Source: Eledone cirrhosa (lineage: Eukaryota). Taken from it: a stretch of DNA of 64,000 nucleotides. Made by a program: the position numbers and the translations under genes. Shown piece by piece: positions 41,290 through 55,461 of this stretch. Location: contig OZ024741.1 in assembly GCA_964016885.1 (NCBI GenBank), positions 336,660,001 to 336,724,000 on the forward strand. The letters run 5' to 3'. The number at the start of each line of letters is the position of its first letter. The first letter of the stretch is position 1. The notes under the pieces were generated by a model. It had not been told where the DNA came from and ran no database searches. It worked only from the letters and a program-made list of their open reading frames with translations.

Positions 41290-42861
41290 GTATTTATATA
41301 CTAGAATTTTTTTCCATGCACTGGCATGTGTGTGTGTATGTATATATGCATACATTTATATGTATAAATATATAAATATAAATGTGGAAACACAGACTCG
41401 CTTACAAAAATACACACACACACACACGGACACAGCATACTTTTTCTACTGATTACCATCCCCTTCTTTCCTTTTATACACACATACATTCACAGCAGGC
41501 AGCAGACGTAAAGTGGGGGACTAGTATGAAGTAGTCAAACTACTTCTCACTGTTTATGTGTTGTGACAGAATCCCAGAAATTTTATATATATATATATAT
41601 ATATCATCATCATCGTTTAACGTCTATCTTCCATGCTAGCATGGGTTTAGACGGAATTCTCCCCAATTCTCCGTCTTGCTCGTATAGGACTGCCTGGCAG
41701 GTTTTCTACAGCTGGATGCCCTTCCTAACACCAACCACGTTTACAGTGTGGATATATATATACACACACACACATATAGATATAATATATATATATATAT
41801 ACACACATATATATATATATAGGAGTTGATAGATAAGATCTGTCTTCATTCACTTACTAAATGGGGTGGGACTCATCAAATCAGACCAAAGAAACAATGC
41901 TACCATTGGTTTTTCCATTGCTGATACTATCTACCAGTCACAACTCCTGGCAGAAGAAGCAACATAAAATAAAGTGTCTTGCTCAAGGACATAATGCATT
42001 GCTCGGTTTAGGAATCAAACTCACAACCTCATGATTGAAAATCCAATTATCTAACCAAGTGTGCTAGCAGCTGAACTGAAGTGTATGATAAAGTTATATC
42101 TGTATAAATACAAACTGTGTAACCAATACTGCAGCAAAGTATATAAATATATACACATACCTAACACATAGGCATGTAAACATACCAGAAAATACAAATT
42201 TCCTTGTAAAAAAAATTTTATAAATATCTCTAATTGAATTCCAGATCTAATTGGACCAACACAAGCGTTAATCATATGCAACTTAGTCATTTCAGAATAA
42301 TTCTAAGAGTGAATGTGTATATATAACCATCAAATACATGTTTCCTTCTCGTTGATTAGATGATATATATGTATTCTAATGAGGGTCCAATAAGATCAGA
42401 AAATCGATAAAAGATGTTTATCATTTTTTTCAATTTACAGGGAAATTCGTATTTTCTGACATGTTTACATACCTACATGTTAGATATATCTATATATTTA
42501 TACACATTGCAACAGTCTTGGTTAAACACTGTATTTATACAGATATAACTTTATCATATATATGTGTGTGTTGAACAATGAAAAGAAAAGGCAGAGTTTA
42601 GTGCTTAATTAGTTCATTACTTTACGATCGTTTCAGAAGTTTGATTGATTATGGTAAATTGATATAGTGACTAATTGATAGTCATATATAGTCATATGTA
42701 GGTATGTGTATCCCGGGTTCAATCAGGGGTAACAACAGTAAGTAAGGTACTCAATACATAGCAGAGTATAAATGTTTAATATAGAAACGGTTTCTACAGG
42801 ACTAGATATATTTCATTCGAAGAAAACAGTTCTAGTCCTGTAGGAGCCATTTCTTTATATG

Positions 42862-43122
<261 letters not shown>

Positions 43123-43322
43123 NNNNNNNNNNNNNNNNNNNNNNNNNNNNNNNNNNNNNNNNNNNNNNNNNNNNNNNNNNNNNNNNNNNNNNNNNNNNNN
43201 NNNNNNNNNNNNNNNNNNNNNNNNNNNNNNNNNNNNNNNNNNNNNNNNNNNNNNNNNNNNNNNNNNNNNNNNNNNNNNNNNNNNNNNNNNNNNNNNNNNN
43301 NNNNNNNNNNNNNNNNNNNNNN
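43123..43322. other. Assembly gap (200 N)
   Basis: Run of N. Order and orientation across it are not verifiable. Confidence 0.99.
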
Positions 43323-43839
43323 CACTGAAACTGATGTTAAGGTATTGTTCTCAAAATAAATACTTTCAAAATCTCATTGATTCGATATTATGTGAGATAA
43401 TTATGTGATATAAAGCATTTACCATGAAAATATAATAGTATATATAGAGTAATGTGAATACTAAAGGGTTAAGAGGACAATAAATTACATCATCACTTGG
43501 GTTAATTTAATCGATTTTCATCTTCCTTTCAAATTGCTGGCCTTGCACCTAAATATGAAACTCTTATTACTGGAGTTCTTTGTTTTGTTTTTATTCATTT
43601 AATATGCATTTGGATTTCTGGTTATTGATATAGTATTTTGGATTGTATTGTTAATTCCAGTCCCTCAAACGAAGTATCTACAACACTCATACACACACAC
43701 ACAAGCATATACATACATACACATGTGTGTATACATGTAGATTGTTGTAGTGAGAAATTTTGTTAAGTTATGTCCCTTTATGCCAAAGTTGACTTATCAA
43801 TTCTCAGACTTTCACATTGACATATCAGGTACATAACTT

Positions 43840-44045
43840 AGGGCAGTATTGGTAGAGGGTTGGACGCCATGCTTTGCAGCATAGAGTTACGGCCCTTTAT
43901 GATCTGAGTTCAAATCCCGCTGAGGTTAATTTTGCCTTTCATCCTTATGGGGTTGATAAAATGAAGTCCTAGTCACGCACTGGGGTCGATTTAATCAACT
44001 TTTCCTTCCCCCGAAATTGCTGGCCTTGTGTCTATATAAGAAATT
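43840..44045 (+). mobile_element. SINE family 1
   Basis: Family motifs. Confidence 0.85.
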
Positions 44046-44404
44046 ATATCAGGTATATGACTAAATACTGTACTAAAAAAAAAATTTTTTTTTAATAAAG
44101 TCTTTCCAAAGCCCAGAGAATCATCAGGTGTTAAGCGACTGAGAGTACAGAACCCCATATCATGAATAGCTGAGTGGACCAGAGCAAAAGTGTTTCATTT
44201 AAGAATAGAATGATACGCCACCTGGTCTGGTCCAAGTATTGAACTTTAAGCATAATGATCATAAGTCCAACACTCTAACCACTAAGTTACACACCTTTCC
44301 TTCACATTGGTCAATATAAGTGATGAAAACTTCATGAAGCCTGTGCCTCAGCTTAGACACATTTTAAAAGGGAAAACTAATCAAGCCTTTAGCATATACA
44401 TTAT

Positions 44405-44795
44405 TTTGGTGGATTGGCGGTGGATTGACAGTATCGGTAGAGGGTCGGACGCCATGCTTTCCAGCATAGTTATGTCCCTTTACGATCTGAGTTCAAATCC
44501 CGCCGAGGTTGACTTTGCCTTTCATCCTTATGGGGTCGATAAAATAAAGTACCAGTAATGCACTGGGTAATTGCTGGCCTTGTGCCTAAAGTAGAAACAA
44601 TTATTTTGGTGGATTGGCAGTATCGGTAGAGGGTCAGACGCCATGCTTTGACGCATAGAGTTACGGTCCTTGCCATTCTGAGTTCAAATCCCGCCGAGGT
44701 TTACTTTGCGTTTCATCCTTACGGGGCCGATAAAATAAAGTACCAGTAATGCACTAGGTAATTGCTGGCCTTGTGCCAAAAGTAGAAACAATTAT
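44405..44795 (+). mobile_element. Tandem dimer of SINE family 1 (short subfamily)
   Basis: Two units, closely matching the reverse complement of 17580-17970. Confidence 0.88.
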
Positions 44796-45369
44796 TTTAT
44801 ATTCACTATTGTATTTTCATGGTAAATACTTTATCTCACATAATTATCTCACATAATATTGAATCTATGAGATATTGATATATATTTTGAGAACAATACC
44901 TTAACATAAGTATGAACAGCCAGTTATGGCCAGTTTGAACAGGTGAGTTTCAACAGGGGAGGGAATTCTGGCCGGATATCGCCAGTTTAAATGCTAAAGG
45001 GTTAAGGAAGGAATGAGAATATTCAGACTATTCTATATTCCATTAAATTAGTGTATCTGTTTATTTGTATTTGCATTTCTTTCTGACCTAGGTGTAGAGT
45101 CTGACATCTCCCCCTCCCCTTTACTTTCTTCCATTATCTAGCTGTCCTTCCTCTTCCCCCACATTTTCCTCTTATTTATGGCATTTATAGTTCTTTCCAA
45201 CACTGCTTTCTCTTTATAATTACTATTTCAAATGTGCTTTCAACACTGGTGTGGGTTGGATGGGTTGTTATGGCCAAAAAACCAGAAGATGGGCTGGAAC
45301 AACATCTATATTTGGTATAGTTTCTATGTCTTTTGTCTCTTTAAAGACACACACATATTATTTTATATG

Positions 45370-45550
45370 TGGGTAGATTGGCAGTATCGGTAGAGGGTCG
45401 GACGCCATGCTTTGCAGCATAGAGTTACGGTCTGAGTTCAAAAACTGCCAAGGTCGACTTTGCCTTTCATCCTTACAGGGTCAATAAAATAAAGCACCAG
45501 TAATGCACTGGGGTAATTGCTGGCCTTTGGCCAATGGTAGAAACAATTAT
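45370..45550 (+). mobile_element. SINE family 1
   Basis: Family motifs. Confidence 0.8.
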
Positions 45551-46179
45551 TTTATATGCAGGTGTGTGTCTATATATACATATATATATTATATGTGTGT
45601 GTATCTATTTATCTCTCTATCTCTCTCTCTCTCTATATATATATATATAAATATAAGTATGTATACGTACATACATATATGTATAGAGACGTACAGTAGT
45701 ATGTATATACATACATACATGCACACATATATATATGTACGTATGGGTTTACCGAACATTTATTATAATGTTCGGTTTGTTTATAAACAAACAGCCCGAA
45801 TTACAGTGTTCGGCAACCATCGTTGCTTTTTTGTTCAACACTGACAAAGGAACGATGAACTAGTTTCTAGCTTATTAGCTGTCATCAGCACCATATACCT
45901 TCCTGTCAGTCGATTGAACGTTTGAAAGTATATACTTTCCTTATGCATATTAACGGCTGAGCAGCCTAATTTGCATATCGAGTGAGTTAGTCGGCCGGTG
46001 TACCGAAAACGATAAATGGAAAAAATGAATTTCATTTCTCACACTTAGTACAACTGATACTTAAATATAAGTATGTATACGTACATACATATATGTATAC
46101 AGACGTACAGTAGTATGTACTAGTATGTACTATCAGCCGTACTAAGAGTGAGAAATGAAATTTCATTTTTTCCATTTAT

Positions 46180-46254
<75 letters not shown>

Positions 46255-46506
46255 TACACCTACCATTCTGTGACACCACTACCTTTCTTCTCACTTTCTC
46301 TCCCTTAGCTCAGTGCATCTAGCTTTTGCCAGCTTATCACAAAGACAAATTTGACCACAACTAGTGACCTAATTCTGTAAACCACAAAAAATTCTAAAGA
46401 ATGAAAATATTCTTCTTCAAACCAGTACTCCTTTAAAAGGGTTGCTGAACACACAAGCCAAAACCACTTGGAATCTCAGTCAGGTTTATTTCATACCACT
46501 CTATCT

Positions 46507-46512
<6 letters not shown>

Positions 46513-46591
<79 letters not shown>

Positions 46592-46605
46592 CTCTCTCTC
46601 TCTCT
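46513..46605. repeat. (CT)n microsatellite
   Basis: Direct inspection. Confidence 0.95.
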
Positions 46606-46634
46606 ATTTATTTATATATATATATATATATATA

Positions 46635-47068
46635 GTTCTTATCCATTTTGAATTCGTTTCTGGCGGGGATCATTTAAGAAAAATCTTCGTCCAAGTGAAT
46701 TTGTTTCCTGATGATTTCGAAACTCGTGAATTTATCCTTGATCGGATATTTCCAATGAAACCCCATGAGGTAGAAACAAAGTTTTGGTATGCTTATATAC
46801 ATTTTTTCTTCTAACTTTGATTTTATACCTAATTGTGTATGGTTGACGATATATTTAATCGATTTCCACGTGCTATTAGAAATGCTGGGTAAATATTCGA
46901 TAGCTGTTGATCGCGGATAGATAGCTGTCATTTATTTATCTATTATTTCTTCATAGGTGCCTTTTAATCTTATAGCCTTGTTTAATTGTTTTTTTGTGTG
47001 GATGATTATGCTGATTGCGAGAGATGATGTATATATTTTATCAAATGATTCTATGGACATACTTGATT
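46635..47068 (-). mobile_element. Possible PLE thumb/linker coding remnant between (TA)n tracts
   Basis: IEYLPSISNSTWKSIKYIV...VYKHTKTL loosely resembles the PLE motif LPYxPxLS...VxFKxxxTL. Weak. Confidence 0.3.
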
Positions 47069-47082
47069 GTATATATATATAT

Positions 47083-47496
47083 CAAAACTGAAATCTGCAT
47101 TCTTCTACCCCTAAATTAAAGTTCCATTACTACTATTTTACCATTTATCCAGTTATTACCTTTCTATTGGTCAATTCAAAACCTGTTCCCAAACAGACCT
47201 ATTATATTAAATCTTTGTTGGTTTTATTCAATGAACAAATATAATTATTTCTGAAGACAGCATATGACCTATATTCATCCCGAAAATAATGTTTCATTCA
47301 TAATATTCTTTCCATCCAAAACTGAAATCTACATCCTCTACCCCTAAATTAAGGTTCTTTTACTACTATTTTACCATCTTGACCTTCACTATCTTTCTAT
47401 TGGTCAATTCAAAACCTGTTCCCAAACAGACCTATTGTATTAAATCTTTGTTAGTTTTTTCAATAAACAAATATCATTATTTCTGAAGACAGCATA
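47083..47496 (+). repeat. Partial tandem duplication (~235-bp unit) carrying a CTGAAGA...GAAA HHR-like core
   Basis: 47083-47266 is repeated at 47316-47496. Core at 47251-47293. Confidence 0.7.
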
Positions 47497-48308
47497 TATA
47501 TGTGTAGGTATGTATATTCCTTCTGATAGTTTGTAAAAATTTTACATAGATCTATAGGATATGCATACCAACACTAACATATATATCCTAGAAACGATCG
47601 TAAAATGATGAATTTTTAATATAAGGAACTGTTTCTTTGTTTATTCATTATTTTTATTAATTTATATATATATATATATGTATATTATAAATATATATAT
47701 CATTATTATTATAAATAAATAAATATATATAAATATATATTAATAACGAAGGAGTTGTGGTAAGGAACCAGATAGACCATAACGCACCAGAGTACTCAAT
47801 ACTTAGGGTAGTATAGTGGGTAATAGGAAAATGTATGACCCGATGGCAGAGCTCAAGCCGTTTCAACGGCTATATCTTTATCTACTAAATTTCGTTATTC
47901 TTGATTAAAATAAATAATTTTGTGGCTTATTTTAAGATTCACTTCTTTAAAATTTTCAAATGTCCATAGCCGTCAAAACGGCTTGAGCTCTGCCATCAGG
48001 GTCATACATTTTCCTATATCATCATCATTTTATGTCCGCTTTTCCATGCTTGCAAGTGTGGGACGGGAACTGATTCTGGCTTGCTTTCTACAGCTGGATG
48101 CCCTTTCTAACACCAACCTCATTTACAGTGAGTGCTGGGTGCTTTTTTTCCGTGGCGCCTACACATCTACTTTACAGTGAGGGGTGGGTGTTTTTTTGCC
48201 GTGGCACCTCCACAGTGGAATGATAGGGAGTCAAGTCCTATCATCTCATTTCAGTAACCTGGAGCAATGTGAAATAAAGTGTCTTGCTCAAGGAAACAAT
48301 ATATAATA

Positions 48309-48363
<55 letters not shown>

Positions 48364-48925
48364 TAAATATATATATCATTATTATTATAAATAAATAAAT
48401 AAATATATATATATCTAAACTATAATAAAGTAAGGAGTGCGGGACTGCGTCCAGAATATATGTTTTTATTCCGTTTGTAAAATAAATTGGATTACTTTGA
48501 ATAAATAATGAATGAATATTACATAATTTATCTACTAAATTTCATTATACTTGATTAAATATAAATAATTTTGTGGCTTATTTTAAGATTCACTTCTTTA
48601 AAATTTTTAAATGTCAATACATTTGGCTAGCGATCGCGTAAACAAAAATTTATATATTTCCGTCACTAATTTTCTCCTAATGCAGTTTATATGTAATATA
48701 GTCTTTTTTTAATGTATCATGGATTACGTTACTGATTACATAAGACAGGGTAACGCAGTCTTCGATCAATTTCTGTGTATATTGTCAATTACGAGTTTAT
48801 TTGATGTATCATATCTACATTCATATATACTTGCGTATAATATCAATATGCACACCACACATACAAGCAGAAAAACCACCCGAAGGGTGGTTTTTCTGAT
48901 AGTTAATATAAATAAATAAATATTT

Positions 48926-49996
48926 CATCATCATCATCATCACCGTTTTACGTCCGTTCTTCCACGCTAGCATGGGTTAGACGGGTTGTCCTGTTGTGGG
49001 CAGTGTCTGGTCGGCTGACCATGCCTTGCTCATACAGGAACTGATCTGGCTTGATTTCTACAGCTGGATGCCCTTCCTAACACCAACCTCATTTACAGTG
49101 AGTGCTGGGTGCTTTTTCGTGGCGCCTACACGTCCACTTTACAGTGTGGGCTGGGTGCTTTTTTGCCGTGGCACCTCCACGACCACCTTGCGGTGGGGGG
49201 GGGGGGGGCATATTGTTTATATGCTTCAGCATGTACCCATGGGAGGTCGGGTACCCTGTATTACTGCGTGACGCCAGAAGTCACGGTCGTGTGTCATTGA
49301 CTTTGAGAGGTGTAGTTGGGTAAGGTCGGCTTTTATCACCTCATCCCAAGTCATCTTGGGTCTCCCCACTCCGCGGTTTCCATCAACTTCTAGTGCTCTG
49401 CACCTTTTTATGCAGCTGTCATCCTTCATACGCATCACATGTCCATACCAGCGTAACCGCCTCTCCTGCACGCAGCATTTGATTCCTCTTATGCTCAGTC
49501 TCTCTCTCAATTCATTTATGCTTTGTCGTTCACGTATATTACTGTTACACATCCATCGGAGCATGCAGGCTTCGTTTCTCTCTAATCTACGTAAGTCTTC
49601 CACCTTCAGCGCCCAGGTCTCACTACCATGCAACATCGCTGTTCGGATACACGCATCATACAGTCTGCCTTTCATTCTGAGGGAGAAGCCTTTTGCAGCT
49701 AGCAGTGGTAGTAGTTCCCTAAACTTCTTCCATCCCGTTCTTACCCTAGTTATTGTACTTTCTGAGCACCCACCTCCGTTGCTAATTCGGTCACCTAGGT
49801 AGCAGAAGCTGTCTACTGTTTCTACAGGGCCCTCCCAGAGATTGGTGGTACTTGTTTCCTGTGGCTGTTTGCTTGCTGTTTCAGCACAGCTGCTGCATGT
49901 GAATCCTACATTCTTAATTAAGCTTCCTGAGATACCGCTACATCTCTTGTGTACCCATTGTTTGCATTTGGGGCAAAGAATGGAGTTCCTACCTAC
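48926..49996 (-). mobile_element. RTE LINE (second subfamily), 5'-truncated at (TA)n
   Basis: ORF 49226-50068: VGRNSILCPKCKQWVHKRC...YLGDRISNGGG...MLHGSETW...RWYGHVMR. (CAT)n tail. Confidence 0.93.
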
Positions 49997-50128
49997 ATTT
50001 ATATATATATATATATATATACATATATTATTATAAATAAATAAATATTTATATATATATATATACATTTATATATATATCATTATTATATATCATTATA
50101 AATAAGTAAATATATTATATATATATTA

Positions 50129-50159
<31 letters not shown>

Positions 50160-50700
50160 GGAAAATGTTTAACCCCGATGGCAGAGCTCAAGCTGTTTCG
50201 ATGGCTATTTTGGGACTAAATTAGTATTTAGCCCAGAAATAGCCGTCGAAATGGCTTGAGCTCTGCCGTCGGGGTTAAATATTTTCCTATTACCCACTCT
50301 ACTACCCTAAGTATTGAGTACTCTGGTGCGTTATGGTCTATCTGGTTCCATGCCACACTTCCTTCATTATATATATATATATATAGATATATAGATATAA
50401 TAGAAAACGAAAAATCAGATACCCCAGTGAGAGAATATGCCCCGAAATCATTAGACGTGTCCATCAAACCTGCGGGTCCAGAATCAGACAGATCCACACA
50501 ATGATCACGTCTTGAGCTGTCTGCCGGCGAAACACTTGTAACACACAATAAATTGAGTTCAGATGCATCACTGATTTTTCGTTTTCTATTATATCATACT
50601 CTGCTCTGTAAGAGCATAGAGTGCTCAACCGGCATACCGCCTATGGAAGCATTTTAGCTACCATCAGACACATATATATATAGATAGATAGATAGAAATA

Positions 50701-50781
<81 letters not shown>

Positions 50782-50954
50782 ATTTATATATATATTATAC
50801 TCCAGGAGAATTCTGTAGAGGTACCCTAGAAATATATATAATAAAATAAATATGGTTTTATAAAAATAGCTTCCATATATTAATATTATTGATATATATA
50901 TATATATATTATTATTATTATTATAAATAAATAAATATATATATAAATATAAAA

Positions 50955-51385
50955 CCGCAGAGTGGGGAGACCCAAGAAGACCTGGGATGAGGTTATAAAA
51001 GCTGACCTTACCCAATTACACCTCTCAAAGGTGATGACACATGACCATGACCTCTGGCGTCACGCAGTAATACAGAAGACCCCCCCCCCCCACGGATACA
51101 AGCCGAAGCTGAGGCATATAGACAATATGCCTCCACACCCTCCCACTGTAAAATGGTCGTGGAGGTGCCACGGCAAAAAAGGACGCAGCCCACACTGTAA
51201 AGTGGACGTGTAGGCGCCACCGAAAAAAGCACCCAGCACTCACTGTAAATGAGGTTGTAGAAATCAAGCCAGAATCAGTTCCCGTATGAGCAAGGCATGG
51301 TCAGCCGAGTGGACACTGCCTACAACAGGATAACCCATCTAGCCCATGTTAGTGTGGAAGAACGGACGTAAAACAGTGATGATGA
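50955..51385 (+). mobile_element. RTE second-subfamily 3' end
   Basis: GRPKKTWDEVIKADL plus a 3'UTR matching the reverse complement of 48926-49380. Confidence 0.9.
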
Positions 51386-51928
51386 TATATGTACATATTT
51401 ATTTTTATTAATATATATACATGCATATCATATATATATATATATCATATATATATATATATATTATAAATATATATATATACATACAAATAAAAGGCAC
51501 AGTTAATATCTCATATTGATACCCTGTAATTAACAAGCTAATTCTCTCGTTGATGATGCCCCCGGATTATCTGTACCCAACACCTCAGTATGCAGATTGG
51601 AGCACTTGATGAAGTACGCATGCTGGTTTGTTTACTCCGTCAATACATCGATATGTCCAGCTCCTGTGTGTGTTGTTATTCCTCCGAGGAACTGGAATCA
51701 TATATATTTATATATATATTTATATTTATTTATGTATAAATATATATATATTAATATATATACTCATATTAGCATATGCATATATACATCAACATCATCA
51801 TCGTTTTACATCCATTTTTGATCCTTTATTTACAGTTAGTGTTGGGTGGTTTTTGTTGTCACCTACGCTAACAATTTACAGTGTGGATTGGGTGTTTTTT
51901 GTAATGACCACCAGTTTATAGTGGGAGG

Positions 51929-51981
<53 letters not shown>

Positions 51982-52007
51982 TTATTTATATATTTATTTA
52001 TATATAT

Positions 52008-53452
52008 ATCATCATCATGATCATCGTTTAACGTCTATCTTCCACACTAGCATGGGTTTAGACGGGAGTTGTCCCACTTGAGACAAGAATAGTCGGGTGA
52101 CCATGTCTCGCTCGTATAAGAATGTCTAGCAGGTTTTCTACGGCTGGATGCCCTTCTTAACACCAACCACGTTTACAGTGTGGACTAGGAGGTTTTTACC
52201 GTGTTACCTACATGGCCACATTACAGCATGGACTGTGTGTTTTTCTTTGTTGTGACACCTACCCTACACAACCTCATTTATTTTGGACTGGATGTTGTGG
52301 TACCAACATAACTTTACAGAGAAAGGGTGGTGTTGGTGAGAGTGGGGGTGGGGTGGAGTAGGGGTAGTAGGATGGGGTATATATTTGGTTAAGAGGGGCC
52401 TACTGACTGTAGGTTTCGCTTTGTACATAGGCAAGGCAGGTCTTCTGTATTACTGCGTAGTGCCAAAGATCTCGCTCCAGTAACATTGTCTTAGAGAGGT
52501 GTAAGTGTGTAAGGTCGGAATTTATCAAATCGTCCCAGGTTTTTCTGGGTCTACCTACTCCGTAACTTTCATCAATTTTGATCGCACTGCACTTTTTTAT
52601 ACAATCGTCATCTTTCATGCTCATCATGTGACCATACCAACGTAGTCTTCTCTCGAGTAAACAGCAACTGATCCCTCTTATTCCTAAATTCTCATTTAGT
52701 TCATATGCTTTGCCGTTTGCATATATTACTATTACACATCCAACGGAGCATGCATGCTTCATTCCTCTCCAGTCTGCGCAGCTCCTTGGCACACAATGCC
52801 CATATCTCACTGCCATGTAACATTGCTGTTCATATACAGCCATCATACAATCTGTTTTTCATTTTTAGAGAGAAACCTTTAGTGGCCATAGTGGTATTAG
52901 CTCTCTGAACTTTTTCCATCCTGTTCTGACTCTGGCTACTGTACTTTCAGAGCACCCTCCACCACTGCTGATTTTGTCACCCAGGTAACGGAAGGTGTCC
53001 ACTATTTCTATAGAACCATCCGGGCAATAGAAGGGGCTAGTATCCTGTGGGCACTTGCTACTTATTGCACCTGAGCATCGGCCACATATAAAATCTACGT
53101 TCTTAGATAGCTTACCTGTGATCTCACTACATCTTTTATGTACCCATAGTTTGCATTTGGGACCTAAAATAGAATTTCTGCCTACTCCTTTCCTACACAC
53201 TGAGCATGGCCATTTCCCAGAGGGTACCTGTATCCTATTTTCTTTCTACATATTAGAACTTTAAGGCCATGCTTCCATGTTTGAAATTTGTTCTCTATTT
53301 CAGCCATCAATTCAGCTATGAGAGTTAGATAATCTGCGTATAGATGTTCCCGTGGGTAGCAGGTCTTGAACTCCTCTGTTATAGCTTCAAGGACAATAAT
53401 AATTAGGGGAGGGCTAAGGACACCAACTTTTATGCTAAATTCTTCACTATAT
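52008..53452 (-). mobile_element. RTE LINE, 5'-truncated, frameshifted
   Basis: ORFs 52865-53200 and 52400-52846 are colinear with 32560-34135. Confidence 0.92.
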
Positions 53453-53547
53453 ATCTATATATATTCATATATACATATATTCATATATATATATTTATAT
53501 ATATATATTTATCTATCTATATATATATGTATATATATATATATTTA

Positions 53548-53581
<34 letters not shown>

Positions 53582-54129
53582 TATCTATATATATATATAG
53601 GAAAAAGTATGACCCCAACGGCAGAGCTCAAGCCATTTCGACGGCTATTTCTGGAATGAAATAGCTGTTGAAACAGCTTGAGCTCTGCCGTTGGGGTCAT
53701 ACTTTTTCCTATTATCCACTGTACTACCCTAAGTATTGAGTACTCTGGTGCTTATGGTCCATCTGGTTCCTTACCATATTTCCTTTGTTCTATATATATA
53801 TATATATATCATCATCATCATCATCATCAATGTTTAACGTCCGTGTTCCACGCTTGCATGGGTTTGGATGGGGGTTTTCCCACTTGAGGCAAGAGTGATT
53901 GTCTTGCTCGCATAGGACTGTCTGTATATATATATATTTTAATTATGTCTCATATAAAATAATACAACTGGCTATCCACAAAATACGTATAGTTAGCACC
54001 CCAAACGTATAATTTGGATTATACTAAGGTATATCCTAATGTTTGTTGAGTGAGACGGAAGCCGGTCAGAGTATTGCTTAAAGCTTTCTCTGTTAATGTA
54101 TTAAATATATATAAATATATATTTATATA

Positions 54130-54216
<87 letters not shown>

Positions 54217-54219
54217 CTA

Positions 54220-54310
<91 letters not shown>

Positions 54311-54595
54311 TTATATATATATATATTTATATATATATATTTCGTTTCTGAATTTGTTTAGCAAGATTCTTTATCTGAAAACCGATATTGTTATACTTTG
54401 GAAGGGTCATGTTGCCAATAAGAAACACATGCACCAGTTACTTTCACTTCAATTTATTATAATAAATTCATAAATTTAGAAATTTATTAATTTCCGGTTG
54501 GTTGGTGGTTCCACAACCAGATGGTTGTTTATATATTGAAGATGGCGTAGGACAGAACAAAGGAGAGGCACAAAAACAAAGAAAAGAATCCTCAA

Positions 54596-54636
54596 TCACT
54601 GAAGAGGTCACAGAATGTGTGACGAAAGAACTTTGA
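54596..54636 (+). ncRNA. Minimal hammerhead-like motif inside an inverted repeat
   Basis: tca-CTGAAGA-g-gtcaca-gaatg-tgtgac-GAAAG-aa-CTT-tga: 3-bp helix I, 6-bp helix II, CUU triplet. Confidence 0.5.
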
Positions 54637-54833
54637 CAATATATAAACAACCATCTGGTTGTGGAACCAACCAACCAACCGGAAATTTATAAATTCCTAA
54701 ATTTATAAATATATTATAATAAATTGGAAGTGAAAGCTTCTGGTGCGTGTGTTTCTTATTGGCAACATGACCCCCCCCCCCCCCCAAAGTATAACAATAT
54801 ATATATATATTTATCTATATATATATATTTATC

Positions 54834-54888
<55 letters not shown>

Positions 54889-55240
54889 ATTTATCTCTAT
54901 TGCTGATGATCGATTCCAACTGTGACCATCCCCACTGGAAGTTTTGTGAAATAGTCTTTTTTAAGACTATAAAGAGCATTTGTAGTTTTTCCAAATTGAA
55001 GGATGAGTATTTTAAACTTTATTTTATTCTGAGTTAAGGCTCTATTGATTTTTCCTTGGATTTCACCAAATTCTGTGGATAAATCTATATCCTGATTCTT
55101 TTTGAATTGAGTTTGAATTATTTTTCCCACATCTTACGTTAACTATTTTTCCATTTTGACGTTATAGTCACTTATATATTATGAAATACTGTTGACTTCT
55201 TTCTCACAATAATTTCTATACTTTTCATTTATATATTATA

Positions 55241-55277
<37 letters not shown>

Positions 55278-55461
55278 GCAAACATCACGGGCGCTCTATC
55301 TCAAAATTATTTTTGAAAAGCATTAGAAATACGCAACCGGTAAAAACTTAAAACTAAAACTGAATACTAACCAATACTTATTCCTAATTAAACTATTTTT
55401 CACTGGGAAAAATTTGTCAGCATTTTCTTTTCCTTTTACTAATATATATATATATATATAT

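Noticed and set aside
48868-48898. Hairpin cagaaaaaccaccc-gaa-gggtggtttttctg resembling a bacterial intrinsic terminator
   Set aside because: Eukaryotic repeat context with no operon. More likely another small fold-back.
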